DNA from: Chloroflexota bacterium
GTDB taxonomy: Bacteria; Chloroflexota; Chloroflexia; Chloroflexales; Herpetosiphonaceae
Assembly (NCBI GenBank): GCA_020161265.1
Contig: JAIUOC010000003.1
Location: 363,024-427,023 of the forward strand
DNA length: 64,000 nucleotides
Direction of reading: 5' to 3'
The position numbers and the translations under genes are program-made. This document shows positions 1 through 10,008 of this stretch, piece by piece; the first letter of the stretch is position 1, and each line of letters begins with the position of its first letter. The notes below the pieces were generated by a model. That model was not told where the DNA came from. It saw only the letters and a program-made list of their open reading frames with translations, and ran no database searches.

Positions 1-67
1 CAGTTAACACCACTAACGATTGAGCTTGGCGTAAAGTTTGAATTAACTCAGCAGCAAATTCGGCCAT
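1..67 (-). CDS. NAD-dependent protein deacylase (sirtuin/CobB-like), N-terminal fragment running off the left edge of the window
   Basis: The reverse complement of 1-67 translates to MAEFAAELIQTLRQAQSLVVLT(G). This is a typical Sir2 N-terminus leading into the VVLTGAG(I)S Rossmann motif. Only 22 codons are visible. Confidence 0.4.
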   Translation of the reverse strand, partial: MAEFAAELIQTLRQAQSLVVLT

Positions 68-381
68 GAATTGATCTCCTTATCAATAATAATCAGAACT
101 ATTGTGCTATTTATCAAATGCTAGTGCAAATAGTTATTGGCCTTGGGATAATCAAATTTTATTAACGATTTATTATTTGGATAATAATTTGGCCAAAAAT
201 CTATTGAAATTCGGCTGCGAATGTTTTACTATCAATAAGAGAAAGATTTAGAGATAATGATGCTCTTTAGCAACGCTCTACTTTGCATTCGACTACTTGA
301 GCAAATGGGTTGGATTTGTGCCTAGCTGTACGTGATACCATTCCGTACCGCTATTTTTATTGATTTTTACGCATACCATTC

Positions 382-738
382 GTGGTATTTGCCATAAACG
401 TCCTATCAATCCTTCGTGCCAAAGGATCGCAGAACATGCAAACCGAACGTGTTAAAAGCCGTGGGGTCTTGCTCAAATTAGCAAGCCATATAGTCCAATT
501 AGCCGTGATTGTTCGCGAAGCTGAAGGCATCAACGATAACGATGCCTACATGGTTGCAGAAGAAATTATCAACCATGTCAGTGCTGCGCATCAAGTACCA
601 AGCCAAGATTGCTGGCCAGTGCAAACCGTTTGTCGTGCCTGGCAAATTGTTGTGCAACGCCAGCCAGCCTGTCGGTGTGCCGATATGAACAGCGTCGCCG
701 ATAAGTTGGTCAAGCTCGATTGGGTTGCTGTCAACTAA
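382..738 (+). CDS. hypothetical protein (no recognisable domain; start possibly at 436, MQTERVK)
   Basis: 118-codon ORF following a 300 bp AT-rich divergent intergenic region. I found no motifs. Confidence 0.25.
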   Translation: MVFAINVLSILRAKGSQNMQTERVKSRGVLLKLASHIVQLAVIVREAEGINDNDAYMVAEEIINHVSAAHQVPSQDCWPVQTVCRAWQIVVQRQPACRCADMNSVADKLVKLDWVAVN

Positions 739-834
739 ATTTCGGCAATTTTCCTCAATTTCGCCGACTCCATGCCAAAAATCGCCAACATGTGGCTCTA
801 ACTCCCGGTAGCAGATTGTTATGGGGGTGTCATT

Positions 835-2349
835 ATGTTGGCGAAAGTTTGGAGTTGCGCCGTGGTAGGTTTAGATGGCGCGTTAGTTGAAGTCGAAGTT
901 GATCTCAGTCGCGGCCTGCCATCATTCACAATTGTCGGCTTGCCTGATACTGCTGTTCAAGAGGCCAAAGAGCGAGTACGAGCAGCAGTGCGTAATAGCG
1001 GTGGCTCGTTTCCCGATTCGCGGCTCACCGTTAATTTGGCTCCAGCCGATTTACGCAAAGCTGGCCCAGCCTACGATTTACCAATTGCCGTCGGCATTTT
1101 GTTGGCTTCAGGCCAAATTGCTGCCGATGTAAGTCAAGCCTTGTTTGTGGGCGAACTATCGCTTGATGGCGCGGTTCGACACACCGATGGTATCTTACCA
1201 ATGGTCACGATTGCACGGCGCGAAGGCTTGCAAACCGCCTATGTTCCCCATTGCGATGCAGCCGAAGCGGCCTTGCTTAGCGGCATCACGATTATTCCAG
1301 TGCGTTCAATCGTTGATATTGCCGCCCATCTCAATGGCGAGCGCTACATCGAAGCCTACGAAGGCCAGCCGCCAGCCGCCGAAAGCCTAAGCTACAACGT
1401 CGATTTTGCCGATGTCAAAGGCCAAGAACACGTTAAACGTGCTTTAGAAGTTGCTGCGGCTGGCGGACATAATGTGTTGATGAGCGGCCCACCTGGCTCT
1501 GGCAAAACCTTACTAGCCCGCTGCGTACCTTCAATTTTGCCACCGCTCAGCCTCGACGAAGCCTTAGATGTGACCAAAATTTATTCAGTTAAAGGCTTGT
1601 TGCCCAGTGATATGCCCTTTATTCGTACTCGGCCATTTCGTGCGCCGCACCACACAATTTCTAATGCTGGCTTGGTTGGTGGTGGTCGCACGCCCCAGCC
1701 AGGCGAGATTTCGCTAGCCCATCGTGGGGTGCTGTTTCTCGACGAAATGCCGGAATTTAGCCAACAAGTGCTCGAAGTGCTCCGTCAACCACTCGAAGAT
1801 CATACCGTGGTGCTCAGTCGGGCAGCGGGCACGCTGACATTCCCGGCAAACTTTGTGCTAATAGGAGCCATGAATCCTTGTCCATGTGGCTACTATAGCG
1901 ACCCCACTCGCCAATGTGTTTGCCCGCCAGCCGCGATTGCCCGCTATCAAAAACGCATCTCAGGGCCATTGCTCGATCGGATTGATATTCATATTGAAGT
2001 GCCACGCCTAGAGTATGAAAAACTTGCGAGTGTGCGTAGTAGCGAGCCATCAGAGCAAATTCGTGATCGCGTGGTTTTAGCTCGTCAACGTCAAGCCGAG
2101 CGCTTTGGCAAACACCATATGTTGACGAATAGTGATATGGGGCCAGCCCAGTTACGCCATGCCTGTGAGCTAGATTCGTCCAGCCAAAGCTTGATGAAAG
2201 CCGCCATGAGACAATTACAACTTTCGGCCCGTAGTTATCATCGCGTGCTTAAATTGGCCCGAACTATCGCCGATTTAGCCAATCTTGCGCAAATTCAACC
2301 AGCGCATTTAGCCGAAGCGCTCCAATATCGCCCGCGCCGAACCGAATAA
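835..2349 (+). CDS. YifB/ComM family Mg-chelatase-like AAA+ ATPase
   Basis: 504 aa. N-terminal Lon-protease-like ChlI domain. Walker A GPPGSGKT, Walker B VLFLDE, C-terminal Mg_chelatase_C helix (SARSYHRVLKLARTIADL). Confidence 0.9.
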   Translation: MLAKVWSCAVVGLDGALVEVEVDLSRGLPSFTIVGLPDTAVQEAKERVRAAVRNSGGSFPDSRLTVNLAPADLRKAGPAYDLPIAVGILLASGQIAADVSQALFVGELSLDGAVRHTDGILPMVTIARREGLQTAYVPHCDAAEAALLSGITIIPVRSIVDIAAHLNGERYIEAYEGQPPAAESLSYNVDFADVKGQEHVKRALEVAAAGGHNVLMSGPPGSGKTLLARCVPSILPPLSLDEALDVTKIYSVKGLLPSDMPFIRTRPFRAPHHTISNAGLVGGGRTPQPGEISLAHRGVLFLDEMPEFSQQVLEVLRQPLEDHTVVLSRAAGTLTFPANFVLIGAMNPCPCGYYSDPTRQCVCPPAAIARYQKRISGPLLDRIDIHIEVPRLEYEKLASVRSSEPSEQIRDRVVLARQRQAERFGKHHMLTNSDMGPAQLRHACELDSSSQSLMKAAMRQLQLSARSYHRVLKLARTIADLANLAQIQPAHLAEALQYRPRRTE

Positions 2350-2384
2350 CGGCTGGTGGTAACATCTGCTAACCAACACAGCGA

Positions 2385-2412
2385 TTGACATCACCCATCA
2401 GCCACGTACAAT
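2385..2412 (+). promoter_or_regulatory. sigma70-like promoter (TTGACA-16-TACAAT) upstream of the ABC exporter
   Basis: TTGACA at 2385-2390, a 16-nt spacer, TACAAT at 2407-2412. Confidence 0.35.
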
Positions 2413-2462
2413 CATCAGTAACCGATTGATTGATCATACAGCGCTTGCTGGTTGCTGGGCAA

Positions 2463-2478
2463 GCACGTATATACGTGC
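2463..2478. promoter_or_regulatory. perfect 16-bp palindrome GCACGTATATACGTGC in the leader of the ABC exporter gene (candidate operator)
   Basis: Exact dyad symmetry, read directly. It lies between the predicted -10 and the start codon. Confidence 0.35.
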
Positions 2479-2503
2479 CAACGAGGGTATTGTTGGCTGA
2501 AGG

Positions 2504-4309
2504 ATGGATGTGATGCTGGCACAAGCACCGAAACAATTGGGAAATTTGCGCCATTTAGAATTACGGCGCATGTTTCAATATGTCTATCCCTATCGTTGGC
2601 GCTTAGGCTTGGCGCTGCTGTGTTTGGCGGTTTCAAGTGGCATTGGCCTGGTTATGCCATTGGCAATTCGCAATTTGGTCGAAACCGTTAAAGATGCTTC
2701 AAGCACCGCCGCCTTAGATAACGTTGCGATTGGTTTGATGGGCGTATTTATTGCCCAAATGGTGTTTAACTATATTCAAGGCTATTTTTTGACCTACGTT
2801 GGCGAACGAGCAGTCGCCGACCTGCGAATTGAGGTTTATTCGCATTTACAACGGCTGTCATTGGCCTTTTTCAGCGAACGCCGCGTCGGTGAATTGACTT
2901 CGCGAGTCACCAACGATGTCACGGTGATTCAGGGTATCGGTACAAATGCGGTTGCCGCGTTTCTGCAAAATGGCATTACCTTTATTGGTAGTTTCATTAT
3001 GATGATTAATCTCAGTTGGCAACTAACTGCGATTACCCTATTGCTGATTCCCTTGTTGATTGTACTGGCGATTATCTATGGTCGCCGCATTCGCAATATG
3101 TCCACCGAAGTGCAAGATCGGATGGCTGAAGCCTCGTCGGTGCTCGAAGAAACCATCTCCGGCGTGCGCATTGTCCAATCATTTGCCCGTGAACCATACG
3201 AAGTTGAGCGATTTAGCGGAGCGATTGAGCATGCGTTTTCGGCCTCGATGCGCCGCACCAAAACCCGTGCTCAGTTTGTGCCAATTGTCTCGTTTTCAGG
3301 CTTTGGTGCATTGGTATTTGTGCTGTGGTTTGGCGGTCGCCAAGTATTAAATGGCACAATGCAGCTTGGCGATTTAATCGCCTTCTTGTTGTATGCCGCC
3401 GTGATTGCTGGCTCGTTGGGCACGTTTACCAGTTTGTATAGCCAATTGCAAGAGGCACTTGGTTCGACTGCCCGCGTATTCGGCATTTTGGATACCGCTC
3501 CCGAAATCGCCAGCAAAACCAATGCAATCAACTTACCACCAATTGAAGGCGAAATTTATTTAGAAGATGTATCGTTTAACTATGGCGAGGCCGCAACTCC
3601 AGTTTTGAGCAACATCAACCTCAAGGTTGAGCCAGGCGAAGTCATGGCGATTGTCGGGCCGAGTGGTTCAGGCAAATCAACCCTCGTTAATCTCATTCCG
3701 CGTTTTTACGATGTAACAGCGGGGCGGATTACGGTTGATGGTTTTGATATTCGCGATGTCGATTTGCCCTCGTTACGTTCACAAATTGGGATTGTGCCGC
3801 AAGAAACCTTATTATTTAGCGGTACGATTGCCGATAATATTCGTTATGGCAACCTTGATGCACCGATGGAAGCGGTAATTGAAGCCGCCAAAGCTGCCAA
3901 CGCCCACGAATTTATCAGCAATTTTGAGGGTGGTTACGAATCGATCGTTGGCGAACGTGGGATCAAACTCTCTGGTGGGCAACGCCAGCGCGTGGCAATT
4001 GCCCGAGCTTTGCTCAAAAACCCGCGCATTTTAATTCTCGATGAAGCAACATCGGCTATGGATAGCGAATCGGAAGGTTTGGTGCAAGAAGCCTTAGAAC
4101 GCTTGATGCAAGGTCGCACCACGTTTGTAATTGCCCATCGCCTGTCAACTGTCAAAAATGCCACCCGAATTGCCGTGATTGAAGCAGGCAAAGTGACCGA
4201 GCTTGGCAGCCATAGCGAACTTTTGGCCCAAGCTGGCACATACGCTCGTTTGTATCAATTGCAATTTGAAACCAACGAAAGTGCCGGATCTGTGCTAACA
4301 GAGTATTAA
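2504..4309 (+). CDS. ABC transporter, fused permease/ATP-binding protein (MsbA/multidrug exporter type)
   Basis: 601 aa. Six-TM N-terminal domain, Walker A GPSGSGKST, signature LSGGQRQR, Walker B ILILDEATSAMD. Alternative start at 2513. Confidence 0.85.
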   Translation: MDVMLAQAPKQLGNLRHLELRRMFQYVYPYRWRLGLALLCLAVSSGIGLVMPLAIRNLVETVKDASSTAALDNVAIGLMGVFIAQMVFNYIQGYFLTYVGERAVADLRIEVYSHLQRLSLAFFSERRVGELTSRVTNDVTVIQGIGTNAVAAFLQNGITFIGSFIMMINLSWQLTAITLLLIPLLIVLAIIYGRRIRNMSTEVQDRMAEASSVLEETISGVRIVQSFAREPYEVERFSGAIEHAFSASMRRTKTRAQFVPIVSFSGFGALVFVLWFGGRQVLNGTMQLGDLIAFLLYAAVIAGSLGTFTSLYSQLQEALGSTARVFGILDTAPEIASKTNAINLPPIEGEIYLEDVSFNYGEAATPVLSNINLKVEPGEVMAIVGPSGSGKSTLVNLIPRFYDVTAGRITVDGFDIRDVDLPSLRSQIGIVPQETLLFSGTIADNIRYGNLDAPMEAVIEAAKAANAHEFISNFEGGYESIVGERGIKLSGGQRQRVAIARALLKNPRILILDEATSAMDSESEGLVQEALERLMQGRTTFVIAHRLSTVKNATRIAVIEAGKVTELGSHSELLAQAGTYARLYQLQFETNESAGSVLTEY

Positions 4310-4346
4310 AATTAGCAAGATTACGCCAAAATAGGACAATCGATGC

Positions 4347-4374
4347 TTGCCGTTAAGATAAGTTAGCGTATACT
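4347..4374 (+). promoter_or_regulatory. candidate promoter for lon (TTGCCG-16-TATACT)
   Basis: -35-like TTGCCG at 4347-4352 and -10 TATACT at 4369-4374, about 75 nt upstream of the Lon start. Confidence 0.3.
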
Positions 4375-4448
4375 ATAAAGACGTATTATGATGCTTTTAA
4401 CCCACTCTGTGTGGCCATTCTGCCACAACGAAATGAGGGATTTTTGAT

Positions 4449-6881
4449 ATGACCCGAGAAAAAGACCGCCCTCGTACAGGTACCGAGCGCACTTTACCGT
4501 TGGTGGTATTGGGCGAAATTGTGATCATGCCGCACATGACTGTGCCGCTCCAGGTTGGGCAGGGCAAGTCTTATCGGGCCATGGAACAAGCCATGGAAGA
4601 CGATCAACATGTCTTGTTGATCTTTGTTTCTGAGGCTGAAATTGAAGCTTATAAAGGCCACGAACCCCAACAACTACCCAAAGTTGGCGTGGTCGCTCGC
4701 TTGGAAGATTTCTCCCAATTGCCCGATGGCACGGTAAAAATTGTGCTCGAAGGGATTACCCGCGCTGAGATTGTTGATTGTGTTCAGAGCGATCCCTTCT
4801 ATCGTGTAGCTTGCCGCTACTTGCCAGATCAAGAACCAAAAGGCATCGAAGTCGATGCTTTGATGGATACGGTCAAACAACAAATTACTGAATTTGTCGA
4901 TTATTTAGGCGAAATTCCGCAAGAAGCGGTTGCCTTTGTGCACCGAATCACGACACCTGGCCATTTAGCCGATTTGGTGACCTATGGCCCAGCCTTCTCG
5001 TTCCAAGATCGCTTGGAATTATTGAATGAGTTGGAGCCGTTGGCTCGTTTGAATCGGGTGCAGGTGATTTTGGCTCGTCAATTAGAGCTGTTGCGGCTCC
5101 GCGCCAAAATTCAATCTGATACCAAAGAAGTGCTCGATCAAGGCCAAAAAGAGTATTTCTTGCGCGAACAAATGCGGGTCATTCGCCGTGAACTAGGCGA
5201 AGATGACGATGGCGATGATCCAATTGATGAATTGCGCCGCAAAGTCAATGAACTGAATGCGCCGCAATATGTCAAAGATCAAGCCTTGCACGAAATTAAG
5301 CGTCTCGCCCAACAAGGCATGAATTCGCCCGAAGCTGGCGTGATTCGCACTTACCTTGATTGGATTATTGCTTTGCCGTGGAATGCCGATCAAGTCGCCG
5401 CAATTTCGTTGGTGCAATCACGCCAAGTGCTTGATGAAGATCATTATGGCTTGGAAAAAGTCAAAGAGCGAATTTTGGAATATCTGGCGGTGCGCAAGCT
5501 TGCTGGCAGCAAAATGCGTTCGCCAATTTTGTGCTTCGTCGGCCCGCCAGGCGTGGGTAAAACCAGCCTTGGGCGCTCGATTGCTCGCGCCTTGGATCGC
5601 CCATTCGTGCGCCAGTCGCTGGGTGGTGTACACGATGAGGCCGAGATTCGCGGCCACCGCCGAACTTACATCGGAGCCATGCCAGGCCGGATTATTCAAG
5701 GCATGAAAACCGCCAAATCGCGACAAGCAGTCTTTATGCTTGATGAAATCGACAAAATTGGCAATGATTTCCGTGGCGACCCAACTTCAGCTCTGCTAGA
5801 AGTGCTTGATCCTGAGCAAAACAACACGTTCTCGGATCACTATTTGGAAATTCCATTTGATTTGAGCCAAGTGGTGTTTGTGGCAACCGCTAACCAACTT
5901 GAGCCAATTCCAGCGCCGCTGCGCGACCGGATGGAAATTATCGAGATTGGCGGCTACACCGAGGACGAAAAACTAGCAATTGCTCAAGGCTTTTTGTTGC
6001 CCAAGCAACGCGAGTTCCATGGCCTCGAAAGCAGCCAGTTGGAATTAACCGATGCTGCGATCTTGAAGTTGATTCGCGAATATACCCGTGAAGCTGGCGT
6101 GCGTAACCTTGAGCGCGAAGTTGCGGCCTTGTGTCGCAAAATTGCCCGTAAGGTAGCTGAATCGCAGGATGAAGAAGCGCCACAAGAAGGCAAGAAGCGC
6201 CGTAAGAAGGCCAAAAAAGCCGAGCCAACCAAGTTCTTGATTGACGCTGCTGATGTGCCAATCTACCTTGGACCTGAACATTTCAGCTTTGGCATGGCCG
6301 AAGTTTCCGATCAAATTGGGGTCGCGACTGGAGTTGCTTGGACACCAACGGGCGGCGATATTCTTTCGTTCGAAGTTTTGCCATTGACTGGCAAAGGCGA
6401 ATTGCGCCTCACTGGTCAATTGGGCGATGTGATGAAGGAATCGGCGCAAGCAGCCATGTCGTATGTGCGGTATCGCGCCAAAGAGTTGGGCATCGAGCCA
6501 AATTACTTCGACGAGCATTCGATCCATATTCACGTGCCCGAGGGTGCAGTGCCTAAAGATGGCCCATCGGCTGGGATTACATTAACGATTGCGTTGATCT
6601 CCGCGATGACTGGCCGAGCGGTGCGCCGCGATGTTGCCATGACAGGCGAAGTCACCTTGCGCGGGCGGGTCTTGCCGATTGGTGGCTTGAAAGAAAAAAC
6701 CTTAGCCGCCCATCGCGCAGGCATCAAAACGTTTATCTTGCCCAAGGAAAACGCCAAAGATATTGTTGATCTGCCTGAAAAAGTGCGCCAAGATCTGCAA
6801 TTGATTCCGGTTGAAACTATGGATGAAGTGCTGACAATTGCATTGATGCCATTTATTCGCCAAGACGTGATCGCCAGCTAA
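4449..6881 (+). CDS. lon: ATP-dependent Lon protease (La)
   Basis: 810 aa. LON N-terminal domain, AAA+ Walker A GPPGVGKTS, protease catalytic Ser in DGPSAGIT, Lys in KEKTLAAHRAGIK. There is a lysine-rich insertion (EGKKRRKKAKKAEPTK) between the AAA and protease domains. Confidence 0.95.
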   Translation: MTREKDRPRTGTERTLPLVVLGEIVIMPHMTVPLQVGQGKSYRAMEQAMEDDQHVLLIFVSEAEIEAYKGHEPQQLPKVGVVARLEDFSQLPDGTVKIVLEGITRAEIVDCVQSDPFYRVACRYLPDQEPKGIEVDALMDTVKQQITEFVDYLGEIPQEAVAFVHRITTPGHLADLVTYGPAFSFQDRLELLNELEPLARLNRVQVILARQLELLRLRAKIQSDTKEVLDQGQKEYFLREQMRVIRRELGEDDDGDDPIDELRRKVNELNAPQYVKDQALHEIKRLAQQGMNSPEAGVIRTYLDWIIALPWNADQVAAISLVQSRQVLDEDHYGLEKVKERILEYLAVRKLAGSKMRSPILCFVGPPGVGKTSLGRSIARALDRPFVRQSLGGVHDEAEIRGHRRTYIGAMPGRIIQGMKTAKSRQAVFMLDEIDKIGNDFRGDPTSALLEVLDPEQNNTFSDHYLEIPFDLSQVVFVATANQLEPIPAPLRDRMEIIEIGGYTEDEKLAIAQGFLLPKQREFHGLESSQLELTDAAILKLIREYTREAGVRNLEREVAALCRKIARKVAESQDEEAPQEGKKRRKKAKKAEPTKFLIDAADVPIYLGPEHFSFGMAEVSDQIGVATGVAWTPTGGDILSFEVLPLTGKGELRLTGQLGDVMKESAQAAMSYVRYRAKELGIEPNYFDEHSIHIHVPEGAVPKDGPSAGITLTIALISAMTGRAVRRDVAMTGEVTLRGRVLPIGGLKEKTLAAHRAGIKTFILPKENAKDIVDLPEKVRQDLQLIPVETMDEVLTIALMPFIRQDVIAS

Positions 6882-6900
6882 ATTAAGCTGATCGCAAGCA

Positions 6901-6948
6901 AAAACGCCCCTTGCCTAGATATTTTAGGTGAGGGGCGTTTCTTTAAGG
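6901..6948. terminator. rho-independent terminator hairpin (AACGCCCCT ... AGGGGCGTT followed by TCTTTAAGG) after lon, shared with the convergent Nudix gene
   Basis: 9-bp GC-rich inverted repeat at 6903-6911 and 6931-6939, followed by a T-rich tract. Confidence 0.5.
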
Positions 6949-6952
6949 ATGA

Positions 6953-7125
6953 ATTATGAGGGATGAGGGATGAAGTTGCGCTATACAACACAAAAGCAGA
7001 GTATTTAACGCAGAGAAACATAAGAGATCAGATGTCAGGAGTCAGGGGTCAGAGCTTTGGGATAAGCAACCTTCGCGATCTTCGCGTTCTTCGTGGTTTC
7101 AACTTTCGTACCCTGCGTTGCATAG
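6953..7125. repeat. mosaic intergenic repeat R1 (GGGATGA heptamers, CAGGGGTCAG module, CTTCGCG/CTTCGTG 9-nt periodic module)
   Basis: gagggatgagggatgaag at 6958-6975; gtcaggagtcaggggtcagag at 7033-7054; ccttcgcgatcttcgcgttcttcgtggtttcaac at 7070-7103. It is homologous to elements at 38828-38900 and 39469-39543. Confidence 0.6.
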
Positions 7126-7582
7126 TTTGGCTACCTGCAACACATGGCGATAAACTGGCACAAAGGCTGGTGGCAGGTAGTCGCAAATTTCAGCAAGTGT
7201 GATCATCCGGCGTTGGCGAATTTCAAATTGAGGTTGCCATGGCTGGATTTGAACTTGGGCTAGCCAAAAACTTCGCACCAGCACTAAGTCTTGTTCAACT
7301 CCTGTCAGACATTGGCTTTGGCAAAAGCCCAATAACTGGGCAGATTGCACCTTGGCACAAGCTTCCTCGGCAACTTCACGCCGCAAGGTTGCTTCCCACG
7401 ATTCACCAATTTCGCTGCGCCCGGCAGGCACATCCCAAACGAGGCCATTTTGGCTCACCACGATAACTTGTTGCTCAGGAGTGAGGCAAATGCCTGCCGA
7501 GCCATGGGCCCTTGCCTGTTGGCTCGGCAGCGGCGGGATACCAAACCACTTGCCATGTTTCTTGATGCGTGTTAATTTGCCA
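7099..7582 (-). CDS. NUDIX hydrolase
   Basis: Nudix box GESWEATLRREVAEEAC. The ORF track starts at 7461, but the in-frame upstream sequence (TRIKKHGKWFGIPPLPSQQARAHGSAGICLTPEQQVIVV) is Nudix-like, so a GTG start near 7582 is likely. The last six codons lie inside repeat element R1. Confidence 0.65.
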
Positions 7583-7650
7583 CGTTGGTTGCTGCATATT
7601 TAGGCCTTAACTATAATCAAATTCACAATAAGAGTATAAGGTGATTTGTA

Positions 7651-8694
7651 ATGCTTCAATATCATGTCCAGTGTGGAAAATGGGGCTATACACCAAATCC
7701 GATAGCATGGCATCCTTACAAGGCGTTATTAGCAACTGGATCAACATTAAACTATCAACAACGACATGATGTGACAATTTGGAATGCCGATGGATCATTG
7801 CAAAAACTTTTAAAGTGCCATAGTTATGTAGAGGAAATTAAGTGGGTTTGTTACGGGAAAATGCTTGCAATCAGGGCTAACGAAATTTTGTTATGGCACG
7901 AGGATTATACATTTTTACGCAAAATTCCAGGCTCGCGGATGGCTTGGAATCCAGTTTATCCTCAATTAATCAGCTATAGCATAAAAACTGAAGCATGGCA
8001 CTTATGGGATCTGAATCATGCTACGAACCAGATCTTGTGTTATCGTTCAGAACCACAAGAGTTTAAAGATAATTTACAGTGGTCGCCATGTGGTAAATAT
8101 TGCATAGGCGTGTGGAATCAAACTGAATCACGCAAAATTGAGCTAAGTATTTGGCAAAAGAATGGTCAACTGCTTAGCCAAAATAGTATTAATTCTACCC
8201 AAAATAGCCGAGTAATTGAAGCTATTTGGCATCCCACCACGCTTCAAATAGTTATCCGAACAGAATTAGAAGTTATTATCGTTGATCTAGCAGGTCAGAT
8301 GCTTAATCAATGGGATTTGATCAGCGATCAAAGGGAATGGGAACATGGTGTTTGTTTTCAATGGTCACCTGATGGCACTATTTTAGCCCAAGCAAATCAA
8401 ACAAAAATCCAGCTTCGTCCAGTAAATGGTCAACAAATTAATATTGAACTGGAATCAAACGTGATGGCATTAGCTTGGCATCCTACAAGTCATTTTTTGG
8501 CAATTGCGCCATGGAATAATCAAATTCAGCTTTGGGATAAGAATGGCAAGCATCTAGCAACGCTTATTACTGATGTTGAGGAAGTTGGCGCACGCATGAT
8601 TATGATCCCATTAGTGCTTGAGTGGGATAAAACTGGCCAATATCTCGCTACATCATTGCGGGGCTGTACTGTACATTTATGGAAGATCCAGTAG
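7651..8694 (+). CDS. WD40/beta-propeller-like repeat protein, AT-rich (about 40% GC), probably foreign
   Basis: 347 aa with recurring W-H/N/S-P and LWD motifs (IAWHP, MAWNP, LQWSPCGKY, AIWHPT, FQWSPDGT, LAWHPTSH, IQLWDKNGK). Codon usage is markedly AT-biased relative to its neighbours. Confidence 0.45.
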   Translation: MLQYHVQCGKWGYTPNPIAWHPYKALLATGSTLNYQQRHDVTIWNADGSLQKLLKCHSYVEEIKWVCYGKMLAIRANEILLWHEDYTFLRKIPGSRMAWNPVYPQLISYSIKTEAWHLWDLNHATNQILCYRSEPQEFKDNLQWSPCGKYCIGVWNQTESRKIELSIWQKNGQLLSQNSINSTQNSRVIEAIWHPTTLQIVIRTELEVIIVDLAGQMLNQWDLISDQREWEHGVCFQWSPDGTILAQANQTKIQLRPVNGQQINIELESNVMALAWHPTSHFLAIAPWNNQIQLWDKNGKHLATLITDVEEVGARMIMIPLVLEWDKTGQYLATSLRGCTVHLWKIQ

Positions 8695-8813
8695 TTATGA
8701 TTGGTAGAGCCTAATCCTTTTGGATTAAATTGGCAATTCGACTGAACAAGCTTGGCAGCAGCGAGTCGCGGGGAATGCTTGGGTGGCTGCTGCCTAATTC
8801 GTATGGCGAGGGA

Positions 8814-9920
8814 TTAAGCAGCGAAAAAAGCTTGAATGCAGTCGATTACCTGATCAACTTCGGCATCGCTTAGCTCAGGGTAGCATGGCAACGACAGAAT
8901 TTCATTGCTCAGCGCTTCGGTGATCGGCAAGCTCACATCTTGGTAGCGCTCGGCCCAAGCTGGCTGTTGATGGTCGGCGATTGGGTAATGCACGTCGCTG
9001 CCGATGCCTGCTGCTTGCAAATGTTGGCGCAGCGCATTGCGTTGCTCGGCGGCAACCCGTACCACATACAAATGCTGGACATGCTGAGCGTTATCAAGTT
9101 GTGGGCATTGCAGCGGAGTTGTGGCTAAACCTGCGTTATAACGGGCAGCAAGGGCTTGACGGCGGACATTTTGGGCATCAAGATGAGCTAATTTGACCCG
9201 CAAAATGGCTGCTTGGAGTTCATCGAGGCGGCTGTTAGTGCCTTTTTCAAGGGTTACCTGATATTTACTGGCCCAGCCATAGGTGCGCAATTGTTTGATT
9301 TGAGTGGCCAAGGCATCGTCGTTGGTGATAATGGCCCCGCCATCGCCCAACGCTCCTAAATTTTTGGTGGGGTAGAACGAAAATGTGGCTAAAGCGCCGA
9401 ATGTGCCGACGTGCTGACCTTGGTAGCGTGCCCCGTGGGCTTGGGCACAATCTTCGAGCACTGGCAATTGGTGGTCGGCGGCAATCGCCAAAATTGCCGA
9501 AAGATCGGCAACCTGTCCATATAAATGTACGGGCACAATGACTTTGGTGCGTGGGGTAATCGCCGCCGCCAATTGGCTCGGATCAAGCGTATAGCTCGCT
9601 GGATCAACATCGACATAGCGTGGGGTTGCGCCGACGGTGTGGGTGGCAAAGGTGGTATAGCTGCCAGCGTTGGCCACGGTCAACACTTCGTCGCCCGCTT
9701 GCAAGCCCAAGGCGCGTAGCCCTAAAATCAAAGCATCGGTGCCAGTTGCCAGGCTAATGCAATGGCGTGCGCCACAATATTCTGCCCATTCTGCTTCAAA
9801 GGCGCGAACTTCTGGACCCAAAACAAACCAACCGCTGCGCAACACCCGGGTGCTGGCTGCTTCGATCTCCTCGGCCATAGTGGCGACATGCCGCCCAAGG
9901 TCGTTAAATGCGATCGACAT
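8814..9920 (-). CDS. DegT/DnrJ/EryC1/StrS family PLP-dependent sugar aminotransferase
   Basis: 368 aa. N-terminus AFNDLGRH...[41 protein letters not shown]-lysine region [18 protein letters not shown]. Confidence 0.85.
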   Translation of the reverse strand: MSIAFNDLGRHVATMAEEIEAASTRVLRSGWFVLGPEVRAFEAEWAEYCGARHCISLATGTDALILGLRALGLQAGDEVLTVANAGSYTTFATHTVGATPRYVDVDPASYTLDPSQLAAAITPRTKVIVPVHLYGQVADLSAILAIAADHQLPVLEDCAQAHGARYQGQHVGTFGALATFSFYPTKNLGALGDGGAIITNDDALATQIKQLRTYGWASKYQVTLEKGTNSRLDELQAAILRVKLAHLDAQNVRRQALAARYNAGLATTPLQCPQLDNAQHVQHLYVVRVAAEQRNALRQHLQAAGIGSDVHYPIADHQQPAWAERYQDVSLPITEALSNEILSLPCYPELSDAEVDQVIDCIQAFFAA

Positions 9921-9927
9921 TACTCTG

Positions 9928-9961
9928 CTCCAAAAAGAACAGCCTCGCTACTGCGAGGCTG
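9928..9961 (-). terminator. intrinsic terminator for the minus-strand two-component operon (stem CAGCCTCGC/GCGAGGCTG, loop TACT, then T-tract on the minus strand)
   Basis: 9-bp perfect stem at 9940-9948 and 9953-9961. The minus strand continues ttctttttgg. Confidence 0.5.
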
Positions 9962-10008
9962 CGAATTAACAGCGATAGGCCAACTTTAACCGAGAGCTGG
10001 CTGGTTCG

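Noticed and set aside
6950-7130. Possible CRISPR array, suggested by the many short direct repeats in the spacer regions
   Set aside because: Repeat units are 7-9 nt tandem or periodic, not 25-40 nt repeats with unique spacers. There are no cas genes in the window. The same modules recur in eight loci in both orientations, which fits a dispersed repeat family.
8754-8804. GGCAGCAGC / GCTGCTGCC inverted repeat downstream of the WD40-like gene
   Set aside because: The loop is about 33 nt and there is no U-tract, so evidence for a terminator is weak. I noted it but did not call it.
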